From the NCBI GenBank assembly GCA_031396305.1, contig JANNKM010000435.1, forward strand, positions 1 through 43,217: DNA of 43,217 nt. The letters are read 5' to 3'. The first letter of the stretch is position 1. Every line of letters starts with the position of its first letter. The notes beneath the pieces were generated by a model that worked only from the letters and a program-made list of their open reading frames with translations, did not search any database and was not told where the DNA came from. A program made the position numbers and the translations under genes. Source of the stretch: Rhizobacter sp. Lineage in GTDB: Bacteria > Pseudomonadota > Gammaproteobacteria > Burkholderiales > Burkholderiaceae_C. Below, one piece after another: positions 29,823-40,156 of this stretch.

Positions 29823-29886
29823 TCCGAGGAGCGTTGCAACCCCATCCGGGGCCAGGCTCGGAAAACTTCATGCAACCGCGCTCACC
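29823..29886 (+). promoter_or_regulatory. S-adenosylhomocysteine (SAH) riboswitch aptamer in the ahcY leader
   Basis: tccgaggagcgttgcaacccc-atcc-ggggccaggctcgg-aaaacttca-tgcaaccgcgctcaccc. P1 ccgag (29824-28) pairs with ctcgg (29857-61). P2 cccc pairs with gggg. The pseudoknot gagcgttgc pairs with gcaac..cgctc (29872-83). This matches the published SAH element core (CCGAGGAGCG.UGC ... AGGCUCGG ... GCGCUCAC) and its known location upstream of ahcY in beta-proteobacteria. Confidence 0.8.
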
Positions 29887-29920
29887 CGCACCGGGCTGCC
29901 CCGAGGGTGAGTGTTCATTT
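29881..29920 (+). terminator. Candidate expression-platform hairpin of the SAH riboswitch
   Basis: ctcaccc (29881-87) pairs with gggtgag (29905-11), with an inner cggg/cccg pairing, followed by tgttcattt. The 5-prime arm shares nucleotides with the pseudoknot 3-prime strand. Confidence 0.35.
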
Positions 29921-29974
29921 AGACACCGTCATCAGCAGATTCCCGCGCGGGTTCTACCGCCCAAGGAGCCTCTC

Positions 29975-31447
<1,473 letters not shown>

Positions 31448-31487
31448 CGGCACGCCGCCGAATCGCCCGGACAGGCAGGGTCAGCGG

Positions 31488-32231
31488 ATGCGCATCGATC
31501 AGTTGCTGGTGCAGCAAGGCCTGGCGCCAAGTCGTTCGGCGGCGCGGCGCCTGCTGGACCGCGGCGCCGTGCGCTGGCTCGGGCCGACGGGCTGGGCTGT
31601 CGCTGCCAAGGCCGGCGAAGACCTGCCGGCCGACAGCCGGGTCGAAATCACTGACGACGCCGAGGTTCGCTACGTTTCGCGAGGCGGACTCAAACTCGCG
31701 GCGGCCCTTGAGCACTGCGCAATCGACGTGCGTGGGGCGACCTGCCTGGATGTCGGCCAGGGTAGCGGCGGCTTCACCGAGGTGCTGCTGCGCCACGGGG
31801 CGGCGCGTGTGGTCGGTGTCGATGTGGGCCACGGCCAATTGCACCCGAGTCTGCGGTCCGACGCGCGGGTCTTGGCGCTGGAAGGGCTGAACGCGCGACA
31901 TTTGCAGGCGGCGGATCTGCCGGCCGCCGAATTCGACCTGGTCACGGCCGACTTGTCCTTCATTTCGCTGACGTTGGTGCTGCCCGCCCTGGCACCGCTG
32001 GTTCGCTCGACGTTGCTGGTGTTGGTGAAACCGCAGTTCGAGCTGCAACCGGCGGACATCGGCAAAGGCGGCCTGGTGCGTGATGCCGCGGCATTTGCCC
32101 GGGTCGAGCAGCGTCTTCGTGCCGCATGTGACGCCCTGCAGCTCCCGGTGGGCGACTGGTTCGACAGTGCGATCGCCGGCGGCGACGGAAATCGAGAGTT
32201 TTTCATGCGCGCGCAGACGCGCCGCACTTGA
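31488..32231 (+). CDS. tlyA: TlyA family rRNA (cytidine-2-prime-O)-methyltransferase
   Basis: ATG at 31488. S4-like N-terminus MRIDQLLVQQGLAPSRSAARRLLDRGAV, VSRGGLKL, SAM motif CLDVGQGSGGFTEVLL, and GDGNREFF near the C-terminus. Confidence 0.85.
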   Translation: MRIDQLLVQQGLAPSRSAARRLLDRGAVRWLGPTGWAVAAKAGEDLPADSRVEITDDAEVRYVSRGGLKLAAALEHCAIDVRGATCLDVGQGSGGFTEVLLRHGAARVVGVDVGHGQLHPSLRSDARVLALEGLNARHLQAADLPAAEFDLVTADLSFISLTLVLPALAPLVRSTLLVLVKPQFELQPADIGKGGLVRDAAAFARVEQRLRAACDALQLPVGDWFDSAIAGGDGNREFFMRAQTRRT

Positions 32232-32244
32232 TGAGAACCATGCC

Positions 32245-33090
32245 ATGAGCGAAGGCCGCGTTGCAATCCCCCCCGTCAGCTTCGAATTCTTCCCGCCCAA
32301 CACGCCGGTGGGAGACGGAAAACTCGTTGACGTTGTGCGTCAGCTCGGCGCGGCCGCGCCCGAGTTCTTCAGCGTCACGTACGGGGCTGGCGGCTCGACG
32401 CGCGACAAGACACTGCAAACGGTGCTGGCAATCGCCGCCGCGGGCCACAGCGCCGCGCCGCATCTGTCATGCGTCGGCGCCACGCGTGAGGGTGTGGCGC
32501 AACTGCTCGCGACTTATCGCGAACACGGCCTGCGCCGCATCGTCGCGTTGCGCGGTGACCTGCCCAGCGGCACCGCGGCGGGCGGCGAGTTTCGCTACGC
32601 CGCCGATCTGGTGCGATTCATCCGCGAAACGCATGGCCGGCACTTCCGCGTCGAAGTGGCCGCGTATCCCGAATACCACCCGCAGCAGCGCTATGCGGCG
32701 CGCGACCTCGGGTACTTTGTCGACAAGATCAAATGTGGCGCGGACGCCGCGATCACGCAGTTCTTCTACAACGCCGATGCGTATTTCCACTTCGTCGAAC
32801 AGGTGCGCGCGCTCGGCGTGGATGTGCCCATCGTGCCGGGCGTGATGCCGTTTCACAACTTCGCGAAGATCGCCCAGTTCGCGGCGCGCGACGGCATCGA
32901 GATTCCGCGCTGGGTGGCACTGAAGATGGAAGGCTTTGTCGACGACGCTGCGTCGATACGCGCGTTCGGCCTGGACGTCGTCACGCGGTTGTGCGAGCGC
33001 CTGATCGAAGGCGGCGCGCCCGGATTGCACTTCTACACGATGAACCAGAGCGCGTTGACGCTCGACATCCTGCGCCGTCTGAACACCTGA
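32245..33090 (+). CDS. metF: Methylenetetrahydrofolate reductase (canonical)
   Basis: ATG at 32245. SFEFFPP, FFSVTYGAGGSTR, PHLSCVG, IVALRGD, AYPEYHP, AITQFFY, IVPGVMP, LHFYTMN. Confidence 0.92.
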   Translation: MSEGRVAIPPVSFEFFPPNTPVGDGKLVDVVRQLGAAAPEFFSVTYGAGGSTRDKTLQTVLAIAAAGHSAAPHLSCVGATREGVAQLLATYREHGLRRIVALRGDLPSGTAAGGEFRYAADLVRFIRETHGRHFRVEVAAYPEYHPQQRYAARDLGYFVDKIKCGADAAITQFFYNADAYFHFVEQVRALGVDVPIVPGVMPFHNFAKIAQFAARDGIEIPRWVALKMEGFVDDAASIRAFGLDVVTRLCERLIEGGAPGLHFYTMNQSALTLDILRRLNT

Positions 33091-33097
33091 GCGCCCC

Positions 33098-33119
33098 AAG
33101 GCCGGCAGAAGCCGGCCTT
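33098..33119. terminator. Bidirectional hairpin between convergent metF and the cyclo-ligase gene
   Basis: aaggccggc-agaa-gccggcctt gives a perfect 9-bp stem 8 nt after the metF stop. A small cccc-gt-gggg hairpin follows. Confidence 0.5.
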
Positions 33120-33131
33120 CCCCCGTGGGGA

Positions 33132-33731
33132 TCAATTGCCCTGGGCGCTGCGCTCCCACATCACGCCGTCCTCGGTGATCATCACGTCGAGTTCAACCTC
33201 GGCGGGGCCGGCGCGCAGCATCGGCAAGAACCCATGCGTGTAGCTCACGCCCACCGTCACGGGGCTCGGCTCGACAGAGAGCAGCGTGCGTTCGAAGAAT
33301 CCGCCGCCATAGCCCAGGCGCACTCCGCCGGGGCCGTAACCCAGGCACGGCACGATCAGCATCTGCGGCGCGAACTCCTCGGTGCCCTTGGGCTTGGAGA
33401 TGTCGTAAGCGTCGAGCTCCATCGGGCAGCCGGGATACCAGATGTGAAAGCGCAGCGAACCCGTGGCGCGGTCGGCCACCGGCAGGCCGATGCGCCGTGT
33501 CACGCCCTCCGGAGCGCCCTCGCTCCAGCGGTACAGCGCCGGCAGCGGATCGAATTCGCCCTTGATCGGCCAGTACGCGCCGATGCTCGATTCGCTGCGC
33601 GCGATCAGCCAGACGCGCAAGGCGTTCTGCAGCCCCACCGCGCGTTCCAGCCGGTCCGGCAGCGCGAGCCGGGCGGCGATGAGCTTCTTGCGCAAAGCCG
33701 CACGTTGAGGGTCGGCGGGATTGGATGCCAT
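33132..33731 (-). CDS. 5-formyltetrahydrofolate cyclo-ligase family protein (copy 1)
   Basis: Tracked ORF. IGAYWPIKGEFD, LIVPCLGYGPGGVRLGYGGGFFERTL. Confidence 0.8.
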   Translation of the reverse strand: MASNPADPQRAALRKKLIAARLALPDRLERAVGLQNALRVWLIARSESSIGAYWPIKGEFDPLPALYRWSEGAPEGVTRRIGLPVADRATGSLRFHIWYPGCPMELDAYDISKPKGTEEFAPQMLIVPCLGYGPGGVRLGYGGGFFERTLLSVEPSPVTVGVSYTHGFLPMLRAGPAEVELDVMITEDGVMWERSAQGN

Positions 33732-33998
33732 GGCAGTTGCCCTGATGAATAACGCGGTGAGCGCAAAGTGTCGAAGGGCCTCGAGTGTTTCCGTGCAGCC
33801 TTGAGTCTGGAGTGGCCTGATATCGGCAACGCGAGCCGGTCAATTCGTTCCAGAAGCAGCCAGTGTATTGGGCTCTGGAAGGCGCTCGCAGTCCTTTGAA
33901 CCGACGACCGGCGAAATCGAGCCGCCGCCCGCACCGCGAGTAGTGACATTTTCGGCAGGGGTTGCAGGCTTTGATGTGTTTCCCCATCCGGATAAGGG

Positions 33999-35549
33999 AT
34001 GCCTGTGAGCCCCCTAAATCACTACCCTGACTGCATGCGTCACCCTCACCGCCTCTGCCGCGACATCGAACTCGCTTCCGCGTCCCGGCGTGGGCTCGTG
34101 CTGGGCGCCGCGCTGGCATGCCTGCCCGACCTGACCTACGCGAACGCCGCGGTCAAGCCGCGCGCTGCGAAGCTCGTGCTGCCCAGGCCCGTGCAGGAAC
34201 TGATCGATGCCTCCGGCCTGCCCAGCACCAGCTTCGGCCTGCACGTGCAGCCGATCGGCCGCGTAGCCAAGCCGCTCGTGTCACTGAACGCCGACACCCA
34301 TTTCCAGATGGCGTCGACCACCAAGCTCGTCACGTCGCTGGCGGCGCTCGACCTGCTCGGGCCTGAGTACCGCTGGCACACCCACGCCTTCATCGACGGG
34401 GAACTCGACGAAGGCCGATTGTTGGGCGATCTGATCATCGTCGGCGGCGGCGACGCCAGCCTGAGCAGCGAGCACATGCGCGCCTGGTTCGCGGAAATGC
34501 AATCCCGCGGCCTGCATGAGGTGTGGGGTGACATCGTGCTCGACCGCTTTGCATTCAGCCTGAGTGAAGACGACCACGCACGCACGCCGCTGCCCACACA
34601 GTATCAGCCCGGCTACGCTCGCCCGGACGCGCTGACCCTCGACGAGGGTGTGCTGCGAGTGGCCTTGTCAGCCGCGCCCAAGCGGCCGGCGTCGGTGCGC
34701 CTAACGCCGGGCCAGGCTGGTTTGCGCGTGGTCAACCAGTTGACCGCGGGGAGCAGTTGCAGCGCGTCGGCGCGTCTCGAGCAGAGCGCCGCGATTTCGC
34801 GCCTGGTCGTGCGCGGCGAATGGGCCGCCGCGTGTGGCGATAGGCAGATCGCGCAACTCGCGGTGCCGCATAGTGAATTTACGAAACGCGCCATGGCCGA
34901 ACTCTGGCGCGAGTGTGGAGGCCGCTTCACGGGCCGGGTTCGCAGCCGGGTCGAGCCACAGCGCGACGCGGCGCTTGCACGCGGCCTGGAAAGTGAAACG
35001 CTTGAACCGTGGGCGAGCCACTCGTCGCAGCCCCTGCCGTCGCTGATCCGCGAGATGAACAAGACCAGCGACAACCTGGCGGCGCGCAGCCTGTTCTTGT
35101 CGCTCGCGGACGACTTCCCGACGCAGGCCGCCACTTTGCCGGCAGCACGGGCGCGGCTGAACGATTGGCTGCGCGTGCAGGGTCTGGCCGCGGGTGACAT
35201 CGCGGTGCACAACGGCGCAGGTGTGTCGCGTGCCGAGAAGGGCAAGCCACAGGCGCTGGTGCAATTGCTGCTCAATGCGTGGCAGGGCCCGCAGTCGCAA
35301 GCGTTTTTCGATTCACTGCCCATCGCCGGCGTCGACGGCACACTCGGGCGCCGCATGATCGGTGGCGCTGCGGCCGGCCGCGCCCACCTGAAAACCGGCA
35401 CTGGTGGCGAGACGCGCGCACTGGCGGGCTACGTGCGCTGCCGCAGCGGCCGCACGCATGCGGTGGCGGCCTTCGTCAATCATCCCGACGCGGCGACGGC
35501 GACACCCACCCTTGACGCTGTGATCGAGTGGCTGGCGGCGAACGGTTGA
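33999..35549 (+). CDS. dacB: D-alanyl-D-alanine carboxypeptidase/endopeptidase (PBP4, peptidase S13); start uncertain
   Basis: SxxK motif ASTTKLVT, SxN motif KTSDNLAA, KTG motif HLKTGTG. Alternative starts at GTG 34005 and ATG 34035. Confidence 0.85.
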   Translation: MPVSPLNHYPDCMRHPHRLCRDIELASASRRGLVLGAALACLPDLTYANAAVKPRAAKLVLPRPVQELIDASGLPSTSFGLHVQPIGRVAKPLVSLNADTHFQMASTTKLVTSLAALDLLGPEYRWHTHAFIDGELDEGRLLGDLIIVGGGDASLSSEHMRAWFAEMQSRGLHEVWGDIVLDRFAFSLSEDDHARTPLPTQYQPGYARPDALTLDEGVLRVALSAAPKRPASVRLTPGQAGLRVVNQLTAGSSCSASARLEQSAAISRLVVRGEWAAACGDRQIAQLAVPHSEFTKRAMAELWRECGGRFTGRVRSRVEPQRDAALARGLESETLEPWASHSSQPLPSLIREMNKTSDNLAARSLFLSLADDFPTQAATLPAARARLNDWLRVQGLAAGDIAVHNGAGVSRAEKGKPQALVQLLLNAWQGPQSQAFFDSLPIAGVDGTLGRRMIGGAAAGRAHLKTGTGGETRALAGYVRCRSGRTHAVAAFVNHPDAATATPTLDAVIEWLAANG

Positions 35550-35743
35550 TGCCCCGCCCCCATCGCCGCCGTCGCGCAGCAGCACGCGTTCGGTCCTGGT
35601 GGCCGCGCCGCACGTCAAGCTGCATCACCTGCGCCGGATCGACGACCGAATCGCCGCGCCTCGACGGCCTGGCCGTTGCGGGCGAATTCGGATGCTGACT
35701 GGCCGAGGCCGCGCTGCGCAAGGCCACGCCGATGAGTTGCTCC

Positions 35744-36331
35744 TCACATTGCACCGGCTTCCGTCACGACCAGCGACAATGGAACATCATGGGCCTGCGG
35801 TGCGAGCAAAGTACGCTCGATTCGGCACACCTCCCAAGCGACCCCCACCGCCACGACGTGTGGGTTCGCCGCGAGCCAGCGGTCAAAGTAGCCGCCTCCA
35901 TAGCCGAGGCGATAGGCATCGTCGGTGAAACCGAGGCAGGGAACGAGCACGACATCGGGCAGCACAAGTTCCCCGCTGGAGCAGGGGATGCCGACTTCGT
36001 CATGCTGCAGCGGCAGCGTGCCGTCCCAGGCGCGATACTCCATTCGCGGGGGCGACTTGTGCACGAAGGGCAGCGCAAGCTGCATCGTGTTACGGGTGTC
36101 CTGCTGCGCAAATGCCTGGCTTGCGTTAAATTCGCTGCGAACCGGCCAGTAAATCCCGAGACAACGCGGTTCCAGCGTGTTGACGACGGTAAGCAGATGC
36201 TGCGCCAACGCCTCACCGGCAAGCGCGGCCTGTGTGCTCTCAGCGAAGGCGCTGCGAGTGGCGAGCAAACGTGCACGCAATGCCGGACGTGCCGAGGTTG
36301 ATGGCAAAGGTTCGATGGCCGAAGAAGTCAT
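35744..36331 (-). CDS. 5-formyltetrahydrofolate cyclo-ligase family protein (copy 2)
   Basis: LGIYWPVRSEFN, VLVPCLGFTDDAYRLGYGGGYFDRWL. ATG at 36331 is preferred over the TTG at 36358. It is divergent from slt. Confidence 0.75.
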   Translation of the reverse strand: MTSSAIEPLPSTSARPALRARLLATRSAFAESTQAALAGEALAQHLLTVVNTLEPRCLGIYWPVRSEFNASQAFAQQDTRNTMQLALPFVHKSPPRMEYRAWDGTLPLQHDEVGIPCSSGELVLPDVVLVPCLGFTDDAYRLGYGGGYFDRWLAANPHVVAVGVAWEVCRIERTLLAPQAHDVPLSLVVTEAGAM

Positions 36332-36342
36332 GTGGGTCAAAG

Positions 36343-38388
36343 ATGAACTTGAAGACAAGCAAGATTTTCATTGAGCTGCGGGCCCGGGCGTTCATGCTGG
36401 CATTGCTGGTGGGATTGGGCGCGTCGCTGCTGCCGGCCGAGCTTCGGGCTCAGCCGAGCGATAGCGCGATCATCGACGCGCGTGAGGCGCTGCGCAAGAA
36501 AGACCGCGCAAAATTGCTCGCTGCGCGCGCCACGGCGGCGGCACAACGGCACCCGCTGGCGATGTGGGCGGACTACTGGGATCTGAGTGATCGCCTGACC
36601 GATGCTCGGCAGGAGGAGTTGAACGCCTTCTACGCGCGCTGGCCGGGCACCTATGTCGAAGACCGGCTGCGCAACGACTGGCTGCTGGAGCTCGGTCGGC
36701 GCCGCGACTGGGCGAATTTCGCGATCGAGATGCCGCGTTTTCGCATGAACGACGACCGCGAGGTCACGTGCTACTCGTTGCTGGCCGAGCACCTTGCCGG
36801 CAAGGATGTGCGCGACAAGGCGCTGCACAACTGGTTCGAACAGCGCGACGCCGATGACGGCTGCGCCATGATGGCTGCGTCACTGTACGACGGGAAGCGC
36901 ATCACGTCGGCCGATGTCTGGCGCAAGGTGCGGCTCGCGATCGAATACAACAAGCCGCGCACGGCGCGCCAGGCGGCGGTGCTGATCAGCGTGTCTGCGG
37001 CGAGCCAGGTCAACGAAGTGAACGACAACCCGGCGCGTTACCTGTCGCGCAAGGGCGGCGCGACGAGTCGCCAGGACGCCGAGCTCACGGCGCTCGCACT
37101 GATGCGCGTCGCCAGCAGCGATTCCGATGCCGCGGCCCGCCAGTTGAACGAGCGTTGGGACAACGCCTTGCCAGGCGATCTGGCCGCGGCCACCTGGCTC
37201 GTGGTTGCCAAGCAGGCCGCGCTGCGGCTGCAGAGCGAGGCTTCTGACTACTACTTGCGCGCCGAGCTGCGCGCCGCCAAAGCCGGCGTGATTCTGGAGT
37301 GGACCGACGACACCTTGGCGTGGAAAGTCCGGGCGGCATTGCGCGGCGACAGCGGCGCCCCGCGCTGGACCCCGGTGCTGCAAGGCATCGATGCGATGAG
37401 CGCTGCCGAGCAGCGCGATGCGACTTGGGTGTATTGGAAGGCTCGGGCGTTGCAGGCCCTGTCGCGCGAATCGCCGGACGGCGACGCGATGCGTGCCACG
37501 GCGTCCAGCCTGTTGGAAGGCATTGCCGGGCAGCTCAGTTTTTATGGCGGCCTGGCGTCGGAAAGCCTTGGCATCACCGCCACGCTACCCGCGCGCCCGG
37601 CGCCGCTGACCGACGCAGAGCGCGAGGTGGCGCTGCGGTATCCGGGGCTGACTCGGGGCCTGCAAATGATTGGGCTTGGATTGCGCCATGAGGGCGTGCG
37701 CGAATGGAACTTCACGCTGCGCGGTATGAGCGACCGCGAGCTGCTCGCAGCGGCGCAACTGGCCTGCGACCGCGAAGTCTGGGATCGCTGCATCAACACC
37801 AGCGACCGCACCCGCGCCGAGGTCGACATGGAACAGCGCTTCCCCACGCCGTTTCGCGCCGAAATCCAGGCCCGTGCACGTGAGCTCGGCCTGGACCCGG
37901 CCTATGTGTTCGGCCTGATCCGACAGGAGTCGCGTTTCATTGCCGATGCCAGATCGACCGTAGGGGCAATGGGCCTGATGCAGGTCATGCCGGCCACGGC
38001 GAAGTGGACGGCGCGCAAGATCGGCCTGGCAAACTACAACGCCGACCAGATTGCCGACCGTCAGACCAACATCAAGCTGGGGACGGGCTACCTGAAGTAC
38101 GTGCTCGACGATTTCGGTGGCTCGCTCGCGATGGCCGCAGCCGCTTACAACGCCGGCCCGTCGCGCTCGCGCAGGTGGCGTGAAGGGCCGGTGCTCGAGG
38201 CTGCGGTATGGGCTGAGAACATCCCGTTCAACGAGACACGCGACTATGTGAAGAAGGTGCTCAGCAACAGCGCTTTCTACGCAGCGATGTTGAACGACGA
38301 GCGCCCGGCGTCGCTGAAAGAGCGGCTGGGAGAGGCGATCGGCCCGCGTCTGGCCGAAGCGCCGCCACCGGAACTTGACCTGCCCTGA
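36343..38388 (+). CDS. slt: Soluble lytic murein transglycosylase (Slt70-like)
   Basis: ORF trimmed to the ATG at 36343 (signal peptide MNLKTSKIFIELRARAFMLALLVGLGASLLPAELRA). C-terminal SLT domain LIRQESRF, GLMQVMP, AAAYNAGPSR. Confidence 0.85.
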   Translation: MNLKTSKIFIELRARAFMLALLVGLGASLLPAELRAQPSDSAIIDAREALRKKDRAKLLAARATAAAQRHPLAMWADYWDLSDRLTDARQEELNAFYARWPGTYVEDRLRNDWLLELGRRRDWANFAIEMPRFRMNDDREVTCYSLLAEHLAGKDVRDKALHNWFEQRDADDGCAMMAASLYDGKRITSADVWRKVRLAIEYNKPRTARQAAVLISVSAASQVNEVNDNPARYLSRKGGATSRQDAELTALALMRVASSDSDAAARQLNERWDNALPGDLAAATWLVVAKQAALRLQSEASDYYLRAELRAAKAGVILEWTDDTLAWKVRAALRGDSGAPRWTPVLQGIDAMSAAEQRDATWVYWKARALQALSRESPDGDAMRATASSLLEGIAGQLSFYGGLASESLGITATLPARPAPLTDAEREVALRYPGLTRGLQMIGLGLRHEGVREWNFTLRGMSDRELLAAAQLACDREVWDRCINTSDRTRAEVDMEQRFPTPFRAEIQARARELGLDPAYVFGLIRQESRFIADARSTVGAMGLMQVMPATAKWTARKIGLANYNADQIADRQTNIKLGTGYLKYVLDDFGGSLAMAAAAYNAGPSRSRRWREGPVLEAAVWAENIPFNETRDYVKKVLSNSAFYAAMLNDERPASLKERLGEAIGPRLAEAPPPELDLP

Positions 38389-38475
38389 TTTGACCTTGCT
38401 CGAACCCGAGCCTCGATTGACGCGCCAGAATACAGCCTGAGATACGTCGCGGCATGTATGCCGCCGAGGTTCGCA

Positions 38476-39432
38476 ATGGCTAACGTTCTGGTTCTGGGAG
38501 GCACGGGGTTTGTCGGGCACAGCGTCTGTGCCCATTTGGTCGAGCGCGCCGGCGCCGCGAGTGGATGCGTCGCGGTGCCGACGCGACGTGCGGCGCACGC
38601 CAGGCAGCTTCAATTGCTGCCCCTGGTCGAAGTGGTTCAGGCAGATGTGCATGACCCCGCCCAGCTGCGTCGCTTGGTCAAAGGGCGCGACGTGGTGATC
38701 AACCTGGTCGCGATTCTGCACGGCAGTGAAGACGAGTTTCGGCGTGTTCACGTCGAGCTGCCGCGCAAGCTGGCGCAGGTCTGTCACGAAACGGGGGTGC
38801 GTCGCCTCATCCATGTCAGCGCGCTGGGCGTCGGCGATGCGGCACCGAGCCGCTACTTGCGCTCCAAAGCCGCCGGTGAAGCCGTGTTGAAGGCGGCGCG
38901 GCTCGACCTGACCGTGTTGCGCCCGTCGGTGATCTTTGGGCAAGGCGATCGGTTCTTGAACCTGTTCGCCACTTTGCAGGCCGTGCTTCCCGTATTGCCA
39001 CTGGCCGGCGCCAACGCGCGGTTTCAGCCGGTCTGGGTGGAAGACGTTGCGGCGGCAATCGTGAATTGCGTCGATGACCCCAAGACGATCGGCCTGACGC
39101 TGGAGTGCACCGGACCCACGGTACACACCCTGGCCGAACTGGCGACAATGGCAGGTCGCTGGTCGGGCCATGAGCGGCGCGTGCTCGCCCTGCCGCAGGG
39201 CCTGGCGCGGTTGCAGGCGTTTTCCATGGAGTGTTTGCCGGGCCCGACGTTGATGTCGCGTGACAACCTCGATTCGATGCGCGTGCCCAGCGTCGCCAGT
39301 GGAACGTTGCCGGGGCTCGAGCGGCTGGGCATTCGCGCCAGCGCACTGGACGTTGTAGTTCCGCAGTATCTGGCGGCGGCGCAAGGGGTGGCACGGCTCG
39401 ACCCTTTGCGCGCCAGGGCACGCCGAACCTGA
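38476..39432 (+). CDS. NAD(P)H-binding SDR, complex I NDUFA9-like / NmrA-like family protein
   Basis: ATG at 38476 with a GAGG RBS. MANVLVLGGTGFVGHSV Rossmann motif and YLRSKAAGE (YxxxK). Confidence 0.75.
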   Translation: MANVLVLGGTGFVGHSVCAHLVERAGAASGCVAVPTRRAAHARQLQLLPLVEVVQADVHDPAQLRRLVKGRDVVINLVAILHGSEDEFRRVHVELPRKLAQVCHETGVRRLIHVSALGVGDAAPSRYLRSKAAGEAVLKAARLDLTVLRPSVIFGQGDRFLNLFATLQAVLPVLPLAGANARFQPVWVEDVAAAIVNCVDDPKTIGLTLECTGPTVHTLAELATMAGRWSGHERRVLALPQGLARLQAFSMECLPGPTLMSRDNLDSMRVPSVASGTLPGLERLGIRASALDVVVPQYLAAAQGVARLDPLRARARRT

Positions 39433-39458
39433 TCGAAATTTCAACTCCAGGGTCGCGC

Positions 39459-40145
39459 ATGCAGTTGTACATCGGGAACAAGAACTACTCGTCGTGGTCG
39501 ATGCGTCCGTGGTTGTTGATGCGCCAGCGCGGCATTGCTTTCCAGGAAATCAAGCTGCGCCTGTCGTTCGACGCGGGTTCGCCGTTCAAGGACCAACTTC
39601 TGGAACTCGCTCCCACGGGCAAGGTGCCGCTGCTGATCGACGGTGAGTTCGCGGTGTGGGACACGCTGGCGATTGCGGAGTACCTTGCCGAAAAATTTCC
39701 TGCTCTCCAGCTCTGGCCGACACACACCCGGCATCGCGCCCGCGCGCGTTGCCTGTGCGCGGAAATGCATTCGGGATTCGCCGCACTGCGCAGCAGTTTC
39801 CCGATGAACATCGAAGCGTCCCTGCCCGAGGTGGGCGAGCGCGTGATGCGCGAGTCAGGCGAGGCGGCGCGAGACCTGGAGCGAATCGAGCAGATGTGGA
39901 CGCAGCAGTTGGCTGCCAGCGGCGGGCCCTTCCTGTTTGGTGAGTTCGGCATCGCCGATGCGTACTTTGCGCCTGTGTGTACACGCATCCAGACCTACGG
40001 CCTTGCGGTGAACCCTGCTGCAAGAGGCTACCTCGAGCGCATTTTCGCGCTGCCGGCGTTTCAGTCATGGCGGCAGGACGCCCTGGCCGAACGCGATTTT
40101 CTGGACTTCGACGAGCCCTACCGCAAGCGACCATCGCCCGCGTGA
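39459..40145 (+). CDS. Glutathione S-transferase family protein
   Basis: Tracked ORF. N-terminal MQLYIGNKNYSSWSMRPWLLM, VPLLIDGEFAVWDTLAIAEYL. Confidence 0.8.
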   Translation: MQLYIGNKNYSSWSMRPWLLMRQRGIAFQEIKLRLSFDAGSPFKDQLLELAPTGKVPLLIDGEFAVWDTLAIAEYLAEKFPALQLWPTHTRHRARARCLCAEMHSGFAALRSSFPMNIEASLPEVGERVMRESGEAARDLERIEQMWTQQLAASGGPFLFGEFGIADAYFAPVCTRIQTYGLAVNPAARGYLERIFALPAFQSWRQDALAERDFLDFDEPYRKRPSPA

Positions 40146-40156
40146 ACGGCAGCCCG

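Noticed and set aside
35550-35743. A 194-bp convergent spacer between dacB and cyclo-ligase copy 2, with protein-like stretches in several frames (for example SEFARNGQAVEAR and TERVLLRDGGDGG on the minus strand).
   Set aside because: I see no continuous frame, no recognisable family and no clear hairpin or sRNA signature. It may be a decayed remnant, but I cannot support a call from sequence alone.
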